Shown piece after piece: positions 11,084 to 24,700 of a DNA stretch of 64,000 bases. Within the stretch, counting starts at the first letter, position 1; each line of letters starts with the position of its first letter. Location: positions 806,001-870,000 of the forward strand of contig OZ287076.1 in NCBI GenBank assembly GCA_965645245.1, read 5' to 3'. This stretch comes from Massalongia carnosa. Its lineage: Eukaryota. The notes below the pieces were generated by a model. It was not told the DNA's origin. It worked only from the letters and a program-made list of their open reading frames with translations, and searched no databases. A program made the translations under genes and the position numbers.

Positions 11084-14000
11084 ATGGGGGAAAACTCCAC
11101 TGACAAGCCCAAGTGCAACATTTACACCACCAAAGAATCATCTGAGGATGTCTCACATCAGATAATCAGCTCTTTGTTCCTCGGCCCTCAGGCTGAGAAT
11201 ATGGATTATTTCAAGAAGAATGTCACTGCTATTCTTGACGCCCAAGCAGCGTCAAGGAAGAGCTACTGCCCTGGAGATGGAGTAGGTACTCTTGATTCTG
11301 ACGTTTAGTTTATATTACCCCTCACCATTGCTTTAATGGGTGCTAGCCTTCTCAAATCCCTAAACAAGGCTGATGGTTATGATAAATTATATAGGATTTT
11401 ATAAGTGTTGCGGTCAAGGAGTCTCCGGCATTTACAGAAAATGCCGATAGGATTAGTGCGGCAGTTCAGAAAGCTGCTGAACTCCTCGGGAAGCATTCAG
11501 TACCTTTTTGGTCTCCTAGATACGCGGCACATATGTGTATGGATATGAGCATGCCCTCGCTTCTCGGCTATTTCATGACCATGCTCTACAATCCCAACAA
11601 CGTATCAATCGAGGCGAGTCCGTTGACCACCGTGGCAGAGATTAGGGCTGGAGAGCAACTCTGTGAGCTATTTGGATTCAATATCAAACGAAATGATCCG
11701 AAGGCTGTCGTTGCTTGGGGCCATATTACCTGTGGTGGTACTGTCGCCAACCTGGAGTCTATCTGGTTAGTTTCATCGGTTACGATACCTAGTTGGGCTG
11801 TTAACCCTCTCATCCAATGACTATGAATATGCAGAACATTAATGTGTGAAGCTAGAAATACAGTTGAGCATGGCTAACGCAAGGCTTAGGTCAGGTGTGA
11901 TTACACCCTATATTAGGCTTTACTTATGATTCGGATCTAACTCTTTCTCTCAGCACGTAATCTAAAATTTTACCCCCTTTCCCTGCGAAACGCAACTAAG
12001 GATTACGCCCCGCTATCGTTTATTGCTGGTACCTTTGCAGTCGAAACGTGCATTGGGGAGCAGAAACTGTTCAAAAATCTATCTCTTTGGGAAATACTTA
12101 ATCTCAAGGTTCCCACCATTCTCGAGATCCCCCAAAGGCTGTACGATGAATACGGTATCTCATCAACTTTCTTGCAAAACGTAATGGAGAAGTATACTAT
12201 CCAGTCGACGGGGAAAGGAATCCTCGAGCAGCAGTATGGCATAGAAAACCCCATTCAGCTCATGGTAGCAGGAACTAGGCATTATTCTTGGCCAAAAGGA
12301 GGCGGTTAGTATCTATGCTGTCTGGCTGTTACTGAGAAATCTACTGATTATCTTTTCCTCCCTCTGTAGCCATTACCGGCATCGGATCCGACAACGTGAT
12401 TGGGGTTGAGGTAGACGATGGTGCTCGTATCGACATTAAGGACTTGGAGCGTCGTCTTGATGCCAGTTTGAACGAGAAGCGGGCGGTCTATGCCGTAGTT
12501 GCTATCATTGGATCTACCGAAGAAGGAGCTGTGGACCCTCTTGCGAAGATTGTTGCTCTTCGAAAAAAATACCAAGCTAAGGGGCTTTCTTTTATAATCC
12601 ATGCCGATGCTGCTTGGGGCGGCTACTTTGCCTCTATGCTACCTAGAGATTTCCAACCAGGCGTTCCCTTTAATGCGCCACCAGCTCAGACAGGAGATGG
12701 AGAAGGCTTCGTGCCTGACGCTACTCTTCGAGCCGAGACCCAGGAGGATATTTTTGCGATTCGATTTGCTGATTCGGTGACGGTTGATCCTCACAAGGCT
12801 GGATATATTCCTTATCCCGCTGGCGGGCTGTGCTATCGCGATGAGCGACAAAGGTACCTCGTCACGTGGACTAGCCCATATATCTCTCGTGGGGATACAA
12901 CCACTAGCATTGGTGTCTTTGGCGTTGAAGGGAGGTCAGTAGCCCCAAACCACGTGGCAGCTTCTCTTGGAGAGTACAATCGACTAAATTATGACTGACA
13001 TTCTACTTATTCCATAGCAAGCCTGGCGCCTCCGCTATGTCTACGTGGCTCTCTAACGTCTGCATTGGAATGGGTCCTGAGGGCTACGGAGCTTTACTAG
13101 GAGAAGTCTCATTTACCTGCAGTAGAGTAAGTCAAATGCGGCAGGAAATTTATTTTGCAAAGCAACGCTGACCTTTCGGGTCATCTAGCTTTCGGCTCAT
13201 TGGGCGGCCATGTCTACGAAGGACACCAGTTTCATAGTGGTTCCTTTCAACTTGCTTCCCTCTGAAAAAGTCAAAGGCTCAACCCCGCAGAAGGTGGAAG
13301 AGGAACGGCAGAAAATTCGAGATCATATCCTCGATAAGTCCAACAAAGAATTGGTTGAAGCAGATGCGCAGAAACCCGATAATGACAAAGCCATGGTTCT
13401 TCTTCGCGCAATTGGATCTGACCTCAACATTAACGCATTTGCGCTCAATTTCCGGTACTCGAATGGGACTATGAACCGCGATGTCGAAGAGGCAAATTAC
13501 CTCAACAGACGTGTTGTTGAGAGGCTTTCGGTGGACTCGCCCCACGATGACCCAACCTCCATGGAGTTTTTCCTCACCTCGACCGAGTTTACGCAAAGCC
13601 TATATGGCAAATGTGCCGATACTTTCAAACGGCGTCTCGAGCTTGAGGTGGATCAAACGGATTTGTTTGTTCTTCGCAATGTGATCATGTCGCCATTCCC
13701 GACTGAGGGAAATTTCATTGGCAAAATGGTTGATGTTTTCCGAAAGGTTGTTGAGGAGGAGGTTGAAGTACGTATATAGCGGAGAGTGGACGACTCCCCC
13801 GATATGTGTGCTAAACCACTTATCCGCAGGTCTGTCGCAAGCGCAACGAGACCCGAGCGAGTCATCATAGTTTCATCCTTCAAGGCACCGACCAGATCTA
13901 CCTTGTCCACCGGTCCATGTTCCATTTGGCCTCTCTCCGCCGTCAACTGATTGTCTCCGCGAAACTCGATTCCGAAGCATTGAAGAAATATATTGAGGCG

Positions 14001-14785
14001 CAAAAGGCCAACCCAACGGAAACCTTCATCTTAACTACTCAAAATAAGGAGGATCTCAACGCCATAGTTACAGGTCATAAAGATTTCGAGGCCGTCATCT
14101 TGACTAAAGGAGGGTGAATCCCCTTTTGCATTTCCCTGTCAAAACCAACCCCCTATCAAGTACTATCAGTATGAAGAACCACAAAAGCTACATCTCACTG
14201 ACACAGCATTCCAGCAAAACCATAGCTCAACCCGCCACCGTCTCTAAAGTCCACCGGCTCAAAGACCGGCCTCTAAACTCCAAATACCGTGACCTCACCT
14301 ACCCATCCGGGCACATGCCCTTCTATCTCTACGGCACCCCATCCCAACCGCACATCGACCACCTCCTTACCCGCGCCCCAAATATCTCACTCTCCGCCTC
14401 CTCCATAACCCTCAACATCAAACCGCCACTCCCCGCCGACCTACTCTCCAACGGTTGCCTACTCGTTGCCGAAGGCGTCCAAGAAGCCGCCTTGCAGCCC
14501 TTCCTCCCCACCAAGTCCCTCCTTGCGGACAAGAATTTCTTCTTCCGCCCTGGTGCCCGCTTCACCGTGACCGTGTACCGCGACGCCAAACACTCCGATG
14601 CGCAAGGGCCAGGGCTGGCGGAGGTGTCGTATACAGACCGCTTTGGTACGGGCGAGGCGGTGTTAGGGGAGAGCGTATATGTGGACAGTGAGATGGTCAA
14701 CCGCGATCCGTACAAGCGGCGAGAGGTCTTCAAGGAGTGGCAAGAGGAGTTTGATCTCATTGGCAAGGAGCTAGAGAGGAAGTAA
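11084..14785 (+). CDS. PLP-dependent group II decarboxylase, non-canonical aromatic L-amino acid decarboxylase (ncAAAD) type with C-terminal extension, 9 exons, ~1010 aa
   Basis: Exons 11084-11281, 11395-11765, 11890-11894, 11954-12304, 12370-12934, 13018-13126, 13189-13767, 13830-14113 and 14215-14785 total 3033 nt, in frame. Motifs FLGPQAEN, PFWSPRYAAHM, YNPNNVSIEASP, WGHITCGGTVANLESIWSARNLKFYP, HADAAWGGY, PLP-lysine VTVDPHKAGYIPYPAG, GVEGSKPGA. Confidence 0.92.
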
Positions 14786-16571
14786 ATTTATAGAGACGGA
14801 GAGGAGTCGTCACGAAGGGGTTTGTGTGTCATTCGAGTGAAGCAATTCGGCTAGCCCTGCACGTATTACGAAGTTTCGTTGCACCATTTATTAGCTAACT
14901 ATATTACAATGGACGATTAGATGAACGCCGGTATAGCTAAAAAAAAAAGATATTCAGCAAAGACCTGGATCCCTGTTATTGCCGCAGCAGTCAGTGTTGC
15001 AAATAAGACAAGAAATGATTTTTCCTCTCGAGCTTAAAATTCCCCCTAAACATGAGCCCGGTGTGATGAGGCTTCTTACACGCGCCCCGAAGATCTTCAT
15101 ACAATGAAACTAGACCCCGTAGAATATCACAGATCTCAACGGCGGTTTGGAACAAAGCAGTCGGAAGCTGTGAACCATCGTGACAAAGAAGGGAGAGGTA
15201 ATCACGACAAATCCTATTTCCGTCCCAGAGTTCTCGCCCAGACGAAAAACATTTCCAACCCGTTCACCGAATGAGGTCCATCCCTTTCCCGAACTTTACC
15301 GTTTGGGTGGGGGGGGGCCGGGGGGGGGGCACATATCGTCTCTTCCACTACCTTCCCCTAACTAACTAACTGCTCCCTGGTTATAAGCCCGCCCCCCCCC
15401 CCTTTGGCGGTTTTCGACATGGGGGCGGGTTTTCCAAGTACCCAACTCCTCTGTGATAGCTGCGCAAAATGAAGCGTCCCCGCGATCTGCTTAGAACGGG
15501 GGGCAAGATTAAAATTGTGGTTTTATGTTGTTGTAGGTTTTTTAAAAGAGGGCATCTGGAATGGGATACATATACCAGACACCCCGGAACACTGTTTTTG
15601 GGTTGCGGTAGCGGCACTTCTTAAATCAAAGCCTGAAAATTTATAAGAGATCTTTAACCTGTCATGATCAGCTGTGAAGACCGTATGCAAATGGACAGCT
15701 TTGCTGAGGAGGTGAATTTATAAAAGAGGGGAGGATTTTGGCATGGCAGAGAGAAGCAGATTATCATGATTTGGAGTCCTTCCTGTTCGATCTCCCCAGA
15801 ACAGGCATGCCATTCTTTTTAGATGATGGGACCTTTAGAGTTAATAGAGGTTCTGCGTGACTGTGTTACGGTATGCCCTTGACTATGCGCCGTTTAATCG
15901 AAAATTAAATCGGACGTTCTAGTACGGAAAGAGAAAACTGTGAAATACAAGGTTACAACGAAAAACATTATCTCGTCTGGTGAACGGTTCATGTCGGATC
16001 TCTACTATGTTTCGCTATAAGATTTCTCAGGGAAGAGCAGAGTTGAGATCCCGCTATAAAATGGGCTACTTGCTTGCAGCAAGTAGCCTGTTTACGAAAA
16101 ACAGATTGATAGTATTTGAGAAAGGAAGGGGTTATAAAAGCGGTTGAGCTTCGGGAGACATGCATAGAAATTAGATTCGAGTAGGTGTGGAACCTAAGGG
16201 AAAGAAGAGAAAGTAGGTAGGAAAGCAAAGAGGCGAATTATATAGGAACCGGAAGGAGTACTCCGTAGAAATAACCCTGTAAAGCGGAAACGTCTTGGAG
16301 AACGGAAGGGAGATTCGGATTGTATAGAAAATATAATAGTTGGCTGAGAAAAGCGTGCGCGAAATAAACAGTCAACCAGCTTGTCTGGATGTCTCGAATA
16401 TCCTTTCAAACCTGGTTAGATCATGAGATCTTATTGTTTGGATTTAGTCCAAGAGAACCACAGGTCTCCACGTGATGCGGAAGGTTATCCGTGGTTCCCG
16501 CCAACGCAATCTAACTACCCAAAATCCCCGAAGTATGGCGGTTCCTTTCCTGAGCAGTAGACGATCTAAGT

Positions 16572-18108
16572 ATGCCTATAATATCTTCGCATGATGCCCA
16601 ATTTCCAAGTGATGACAACTCGCGTTTCACTGTCTTCATACGCCTTCCATTCCCGCGAGGAGATTTCGTGGATCCCCCTCTCGTCCGTGATCAGTCAGGC
16701 TCCAACGGTCGTTGGCAATGCTGACTTTTCTTCAGATCGAATGGGGCTCATCGAATGATCGTGCTCTATGGAATGTACTTTCCAGAGGAACAAAAGGCCA
16801 CGAGATAGACTGTAAAGTATCTTGTTACTCCTTAGATTCTTTCGATGAGGGCTGACTGGATGCCAGGGCAGGGACTGTAAGGAAAGACCATGCTGAACCA
16901 CAGAATCTTGAATACTGATTTTTCTCCCCGACAGTGCTGCGCAGTTTAATGTCACTTTGCCATTTCTGCTGCAGCAAGCTGCGTGGCTCTATGAGCAACA
17001 GCTTTCCCAAGTCAAAGCTCAGCTTCGGAAAGCCAGTAAACCTGCGTCGATTGGTACATCTCCAAGTCCAGGTTCTGCCTCCGGCAGTGGTATGGGAGGA
17101 GGGCATGCCATGACAAGAGGTGGTAGTGGTGGTTAGTACACCAAATCTCGCTACTCTCCGTAACTGATGAAGTCAAGGTCCCCGCGTACCCTCAGCTTTG
17201 TCGACTCGGCCAAGGGAACGTCCATCTTCCAAAGATGGAGGAAGTACAGCTGAGCTACCTGCTCATGTTAGGGGTGTGCTGCAAGTCAATTTTATAGTAA
17301 GAAATCCACTGCTGATCATCCAGTAGGCCACCCACTCTCTCGAAATCCATCCACCAACACGATACCTCAGGTGTCAAAGCTCTCACCTTCCATACCTCAA
17401 CGACCAACGATGGAGAGGAAATCTAGCCTTGCGCAGCCCCTGAGCAACCGAGAGCCTTCCCGAAAGTCAACGGATTCCTCCGTGACACCTGGACCCCGTC
17501 CACTGGATCGACCACGGAACATTTCTGACAAAGCGAGCGAGCCGTCCGACTCGTCCTCAAACTCGGACTCGGATGCTGCAGCTCCATTATCTCGAAGCCG
17601 GGCATACATGCGTCGATCTCGCTACTCCATCTCAAAACCTCTGCTCAAACGTCTGTCCGACGCTGATGAGGATCAAGATGGTTCCCCGCCTTTCCTTCCC
17701 TTCTCCGACCCTAAGGCTTTAACTCCAGCCCCTCTACCCGACCCTAGCGCTACTCTCCGAATCAATTTGCATAGTTTACCTCCACACAGTCTTCCAGATC
17801 CGCCGCCCAAGTCCGAGGTGCCCTTATCCCAGACCGTTCACTCCTCTTCATCTTCTGCTCAATCGCAGCCACAGTCGCGGAACTCTCGCCCGCCTCAGAA
17901 TCCTTTGTCTTCGCTCTCTCCTCGTCAGCGCCGTATTGCAAAAGAAGGGAGCGAAGGTACTCCAAGCATGGGTAGCAGTTTTAGCGACCTGGACGATGCG
18001 AGCGTGACTCAAAGCGCGTTAGAAGAAGCTCTCGCGAACGAGATGAACCACGGGGTTGCCAGTCGCATGAGCACAATCAGCCAGGCATTAAGGTCCCGAT
18101 ATCTGTAG
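16572..18108 (+). CDS. ATG29: Autophagy-related protein 29 (Atg17-Atg31-Atg29 complex), multi-exon; mostly missed by the ORF track
   Basis: ATG at 16572. Spliced N-terminal domain FTVFIRLPFPRGDFVDPPL|IEWGSSNDRALWNVLSRGTKGHEIDW|QGL|AAQFNVTLPFLLQQAAWLYEQQL (exons 16572-16682, 16736-16811, 16867-16876, 16935-17131, then further exons). C-terminal motif SMGSSFSDLDDASVTQSALEEAL. Confidence 0.92.
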
Positions 18109-18930
18109 AATAATTGTCTAGTGCAGGCGTCTCCCGCCTGCTGATTAGGCAGGCTTTCCATAGATCCTGCAATCAATAAACTCGGTGAAGAGTTGACCAA
18201 GATCTTAGATCGCTGATTAAGGAATACGAGTATATCCTTTGGCTGACCTGACTGGCTGAGGGTTCAGATACATGGCGCTCCATCTAACGACTTCACTATC
18301 TCGAGGAACGAACCCAAAAACACCAAGTCTATAACTGAATCTTCTTATATAACCTGTATGACCTAAATTGGACGGGCTTCAAGAACGTCGGGAATATCGC
18401 GTTAACACGTGACTTGATCAGTAAATGTGAATAATAACATCCACGTATCCTTAGTCTGTTCAGAAACACACCTACATTCGTCCTCTTAGTCCCATCTTGC
18501 GGTCTCCTCTCGCCTCAACCCTAATCATGATTAGGTAAGGTAAAATAAAATTGAGGCCAGCAGTGCACTCAGAAATCCGAGTGCTGTCCATTTCTTATGG
18601 ATGCCTCCCTTAAACAATAAGACCTCTTCCTATGACCTTCCTCCACTGCCGCCACCTGCACAACAGTCACCTGTCTTCCCCTCTCACTCATCATTCAACA
18701 ATACCAAGTTAGAATCAATTGGGTCGCCAGAATTACCCCTCCATAACGAAGGAGGTGACTGGATCTTGCTTAAAGGCCACCCTGAGGACAAGCAGGCTCC
18801 CAAAGCGATACTCAGTCAAAAGCCTAGAGAGAAACCAAAAACTATAGTTTTTACAAGCTTGCCAAACGAGGGTGAAATTCCCATCTCAAGTCACGTCTCA
18901 AGTGGGGAACCGCAATTGGAGGAATCTCAA

Positions 18931-20773
18931 ATGGGACGAAAATCTCGAAAATCTCCATCACAGGACTCAGATCGGGCTACATCCACAGCGTCGGGAGGCC
19001 AGAACGGTCACGCCCAGGGTGATATGGACTCCAGGCTCGAGATGCGACGAAAGAATCCTTCTCTCGACTCTCCAACGGCAGCATCTCAAACAGCTCATCT
19101 CATGAGCCGGGAGAGCTTTACTCTGGACGATGAACCGCCACTTACTACACTCAATTCTAACGTGAACTCTAGCTTCTTCGAGTTACCACGGCAAGATCGA
19201 CGAAATTTCTTACTCCTTATTCTATTATATTTCCTTCAAGGGATACCCATGGGCTTGGCGGCAGGATCCGTACCCTTTCTACTCAAATCGCACCTTTCTT
19301 ATGGACAAATCGGGGTTTTCTCGCTCGCAACATATCCCTATTCGCTGAAGCTACTCTGGAGTCCGATTGTAGATGCCGTATGGCACCCGAAACTTGGAAG
19401 AAGAAAGAGTTGGATCTTACCTATACAAATGTGCTCGGGCTTTGGGATGATATACTTAGGAGGACGAATTAAAGAGATGATGATTGCCGCAGGCGCAAGT
19501 GATGGATCGGGTGTTTGGACCTTTACCTGGTGGTGGTTTTTCCTGGTTTTCCTCTGTGCTACTCAGGACATTGCTGTTGATGGTAAACAGTATTTTTTAC
19601 GCAAAAACCTCCATTTGCTGACCTTCGGTCAGGTTGGGCGCTCACACTCATATCTCCACAAAACCTCTCGTATGCTTCCACCGCTCAAACTGTTGGGCTC
19701 ACAGCCGGACAGTTTCTCTCGTTTACAGTATTCTTAGCATTGAATTCTGCAGATTTTGCTAACAGATGGTTTCGCGCCACTCCTCATGAAGGGGGTTTGG
19801 TGACTCTTGGAGGTTATTTAACTTTCTGGGGATGGGCTTACATACTTGTAACTATAGGTCTTGCGGCATTGAAACGGGAAGAAAAGACAAAGGAGCGGGA
19901 CGGTATTGCAGATGTTTACAAGAGCATGCTTGGGATTCTTAAGCTCAAGAACATTCAAACGATTATCATAATACACCTTATTGGCAAACTTGGCTTCCAA
20001 GCTAACGACGCGGTTACCAATCTAAAACTCTTAGATAAGGGCTTTAGCCAAGAAGACATGGCTCTGACGGTCCTGATCGATTTCCCCTTCGAAATCTGTC
20101 TTGGTTACTACGCCGGTCGATGGTCTACGGCTTATCCGCCTGTGCACGTTTGGTGCTGGGCTTTTATCGCGAGATTGCTTGCCGCTATTATCGCCCAAAT
20201 CACTGTAATGTTGTTCCCAAAGGAAGGAGTGCAGACATGGTATCTCCTAACCGTGATTGGATCCCATATCTACTCTACATTCTCGAGTACCGTTATGTTC
20301 GTTGCCATTTCGGCTTTCCATGCCAAGATTGCAGACCCGGTCATTGGTGGGACTTATATGACTTTGCTCGCTACGTAGGTTTCCTCGTCCTTCAATCCAT
20401 TTCAACGATGCAATTTAACCGATACAGCGTCTCCAACCTTGGTGGTACTTTCCCTCGATTCTTCATCCTTAAGCTAGTCGACGCATTTTCCGTCGCAACA
20501 TGTTCCCCTCCCGTGGTCCTTCCTTCCAATAGCACAGACCTCAAAGGCCCCCTCATCACCTCTTCGTTCTCCTGCGTCGCTGAGGTCGAGAAGCATCGTT
20601 GCATCGACGGTGCGGGATCTTGCATTATTTCGCGCGACGGTTACTACATTACCAATATCGTTTGCGTGATCATTGGCGTGGTGACATTTTGGGGCTATAT
20701 AAGGCCGGCGGCGATGAAGTTGCAAGCGCTGCCGTTAAGAGCTTGGCGGTTGACTTCTGGGGGAGATTCTTGA
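18931..20773 (+). CDS. Acetyl-CoA transporter (AT-1/SLC33A1, Acatn family MFS), 3 exons; an alternative in-frame ATG lies at 18601
   Basis: Exons 18931-19582, 19633-20374 and 20428-20773 splice in frame. Motifs LLYFLQGIPMGLAAGSVPFLL, PYSLKLLWSPIVDA, GRRKSWILP, ATQDIAVDGWAL, DPVIGGTYMTLLATVSNLGGTFP. Confidence 0.93.
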
Positions 20774-21100
20774 TGTAAATTCTTTGTACTCAGTCACGAT
20801 AGATGTAAGTGTTAGCATTGGGATAGAGATATAAATCTAGAGTTGAATGAGTTTTTCTAGTGAAGCTGTCACAGGTTGGATGGCTTGGCCGCCACAAGGT
20901 AAGCGATCTTGAGTTCAATATCACTCCAGCATTACTTCTCCACCGCCAGCACTACGACTTTATAATATACAGAATCTATCTTATGGTGTCCTGACCGCCA
21001 AATTCAGAGCCCTCGTTCGGTCCAGCATTGAATATAGCCTCTCTGAATGAGCTGACGTTCCCCTTGCCAAACCTTCCCATGTATATTCATAGCCCACCTT

Positions 21101-21715
21101 TCAAGCATCAATCACAAGCCCTACAAATTCTCTGAATCTTTTTTTTCTGCTTTCAATAGTTGCATCAGTTGAAAATTGAAATACGTCAAGCAGCGTTGTT
21201 AATGCATTGCCTATGATTATATCATTTTGATGAAAAGGCTCTTTCATGTGAAACTTTGTCTGACCTGAAAGCCGCATCAAATTGGCTGAATCTCTTGGAA
21301 ATCCTTCCACCGCCATGTTGCATTGATTATGCAGTACACGAAGTGGTGTATCTCGACTGGAGATGTGAGTTGTACACTCTGGCTGTATGATTTATAGAAT
21401 TATAGAATATCACTATAATGAAGCTTAAAATGGGGTGAAATAAGCAGACTCTGCTCGCATACGAAGCTCAAGGCTGTCAAACTTGCTATTCATATCGGTC
21501 CTTAGAGCAGTGCCATCAGTCTTCAGAGCGGTGAAATCGGTTCTGAGGTTGTTGACGCTCGTAGTTAAGGGCTCAATTGCTTCAAAAAGACGCTACCCAT
21601 CATTGAAAGTAGGCACATTGGGAATAAGGGCGATCTCATGAAAGGCAGCAGCAAATGCTATAGATCTGGTAGTAAATGCTTCAGAAAGTTTCTCGAAATC
21701 AGGTTGAGCATTCAT
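21101..21715 (-). pseudogene. Decayed small coiled-coil hypothetical gene (MNAQPDFEKLSEAF...LIPNVPTFNDG*RLFEAI...KKRFREFVGL)
   Basis: ATG at 21715. In-frame TAG at 21593-21595 (plausibly CAG>TAG). Downstream blocks remain protein-like (heptad region, FPRDSANLMRLS, RKKRFREFVGL). Confidence 0.5.
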
Positions 21716-24700
21716 GCTCAGAAAGGAGCTCGAATCGAAAAATAGTACTGTGGTTTGTATGATGTTTTGTTATGTTCAGGTTTCAACCCTTAACACTCGA
21801 ATGATCTTCCCTTCTCCTTATCACGATCATACATACCTTTCTTATTACAGGGCCATGTTGCCATAGTTATATACCTATTCAACAGTTCCAAATCATTTAT
21901 ATAAATAGAAGTAATGAAAATATGCAGCAAAGGGAAGAAGAATAAAAGATAATGTAACTGTGTCAAAGCTCTTCAGGGTTTGCCCAGAGAATCTGAATAT
22001 CTCGACGCCAGGGCACTCGCGAGTAACATTGCACATCCACCCTTGGTAGTTCTCACTTATCAACCTAATTGAACGCAGTTCGCAGGTTATATTTCTTTCT
22101 AGGATGGTGAGTCCGGGTTTGGAGCAACGAAGTCCTGCTCTTATGGTCCAGTTGTGGGGATTGACATTATCAGAGCCAAATAGAGAAACTGGAATATTCA
22201 AGATTGTATCATGTTAGACCTCATTACAAACGCATAAAAACCTGTCGCATGATAGAATACGCTGGCTTTCTTATTTATTCTTGATGCTCTTTTCGTACCT
22301 AGTCATCAATGGATGACGTATGACAAACAGGTTTTAATGTCAAGGGAAAGCTAACATACATCAGCCAGGTTTCATGCGAGAGAGCTCGTTTTTGTCTCTG
22401 TCCTCATTACGACGAAGCCAGTAAATCAAACGAAAGGGCTTAGCAGATCATTTGATGCTTGAAAATTCTTACTTCATCTACGGGAGGGCGAATTCCGTTC
22501 ATGAGAAAGTAGCTGCATCTCTCGTTCATATGACGCTTTATGTCCGCCAACAGTTTAATCAAGAACAGGTCCCTGTATCAAAGCAGGGGCTGACGCTATC
22601 CGTGAAGAATGGGAATGCCCTTTCCAATGAGCGTTTGTTGAAAGTGTGATTTGAAGAATCAACATCTTCGAAACCAAGTATAAGTTCACGCGATCAAGCT
22701 TGAGCCTATGCTCGTGGTAGTGGTAGTGGCGCCTCGGAAAACCTCAATCCCATTGTGGCCTCCGATCTAGGAGGAAAACTTGTCAACCAGCACATTTAGG
22801 GGAAACTTATGGTTCTGCCTCGTCGAAGGTATCCGTTGGCGTTGCGGAAGGTGGTTCTTTGTCGGTACGGTCTCCCGAACATCGGAGACATAAAATGCGG
22901 TCGGGGAGGCCACTGCGGAGAAAGAGGGCAAAGAATGCTACATTCGCCTCCAGTAACTTTTCTCTGAAAGCGGTTGCGGATACTTTTCACTCCTCGCGAG
23001 CTCTGGTGGGGCTTTGTCGAATAATCGAGACACGGTCGACCCGAGCGCACGAGATATAACGACCACGGATGGCATATTCTCCTCGTCATGACTTCTGCTA
23101 ATTTTTGTCTCGGCCTAGCTATTTTGGACTTCACCGATCAACGTCGTTGCTATTTAGAGCTTTTTCTGGACGCCCTTTTTTCAAACTCCATGTTGCTTTT
23201 CCAGTCCCGCTTGGACATGCAACTCTTCGAAGGATTAGTCTGTCGATTAATGATATCGTACATCCAACGTTCATGCATAATCGCTATTTTTATCTTTCCG
23301 TGCCTGGGTTACTGCCTCGCTCTAGGTTCTCATCCGTTTCCTTGATAGATATGTATAGATTATAGGTAATGTCCTTTAGGTGAGTGTGAAGTGCCTTTAG
23401 TATCGACTGGCTCTTTGAGCAACTTTTATTCATCAATGAGTCACATATGGTTATTTAACGAGGAGCTTGACTGCCTTAGCTCGTCGATTTACCACTTCTT
23501 TCCCTTGCCACAATTTATGTCATTATCTTTCTCTGTCGTTTCTCTGTGTTAAGTAGTAAAATCCAGAATTTTCTCTTCACGCTCGCGCTCTATCTTTTCT
23601 GTACTTCTATATCCATCGCTATACATTCCGCGGTCAATGGATTTTAAAACCTTTGCCGATTAAACCGAAAGAGCTTGGCGACTGACACATGATGTCAGGG
23701 AAATCTTGTGTGCTGAAATCGGGTAGTGATGCATGTACTCCTATTGGCTTGATGATAATAAAACACATATGCCATATCGGCGAGTAGCGTATCCCCTATT
23801 CGAATTATCAAATCTAAAATACTCGCATTTGCGGCACCCCTTTGCGTTTTATACTCCTGGTCAATAGATCGCAACGGCTTCTAGAATTTTCATCCCCATT
23901 TACCCGTCAAGTCCGGCCGCAAAGTCGTCTCAGATAGAACGCTATTTCGTGCCTGGATCCACTCGTGTGGCTCCACGTAGCGAGATTTGCACCGCCTTTC
24001 AACTTTTATACCTCCCCCCTTGATGAGTTGCTTCATGTAGGTCAAGTATCTGGTGTTCAAAGCAGATGAAAAACAGAAATTGGAAATCTCTAATCAGACA
24101 TCCCTGAAGAGTGCCTTTGGTGTTAATAGACATGTCACCAGGATGTATTAGAAGATATTTTTTTACTTGGATCGAGATGCGAGGGAGTTGGTCATTCGTC
24201 CGAAAATAGGGCGATCAAATTTGAGGAAAGGTCAGTGAACAAGAGTAGTAATATAAATTCTGGTTGGCTAGAAGAGCTGAAATAATCTTGCTGGAGCGAA
24301 TCCATGACTACTCAGTCATAGATAAGTGTTCTTATTCGCAGTGCTTCAATCAATTTTAAAAACTCCTTTTGCATCTTAACTTGGTTTTTTCTGGTCTTTC
24401 TCTTCACGACTGCTTGATTGATCGTTGTTGCGATATGAACATAGGAGTAGCAAACAACGTGTTTGCGGACATTAATTAGAGCATTTTCGTCATATTCAGC
24501 ATATAATATCAGATCAATGTTTTCCAAATGTCGTATGATCGCTCGTGTCATTTTTTCTCTCCTTGGTCTTGTCTTTAGCTCTCAGAGCTATCTTTTTCAC
24601 ACGATCAAGCTTATTTTTTCATGAGCTGATGCATCTCAAAACTTAAAAATCGTTTTATTCAATTGAATCCTCGTTTATTGAAAGAAAATCGTTATTATCT

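Noticed and set aside
11084..20773. Secondary-metabolite cluster around the decarboxylase and acetyl-CoA transporter
   Set aside because: The intervening and flanking genes (YAE1, ATG29, AT-1 family transporter) are housekeeping; no backbone or tailoring enzymes are present.
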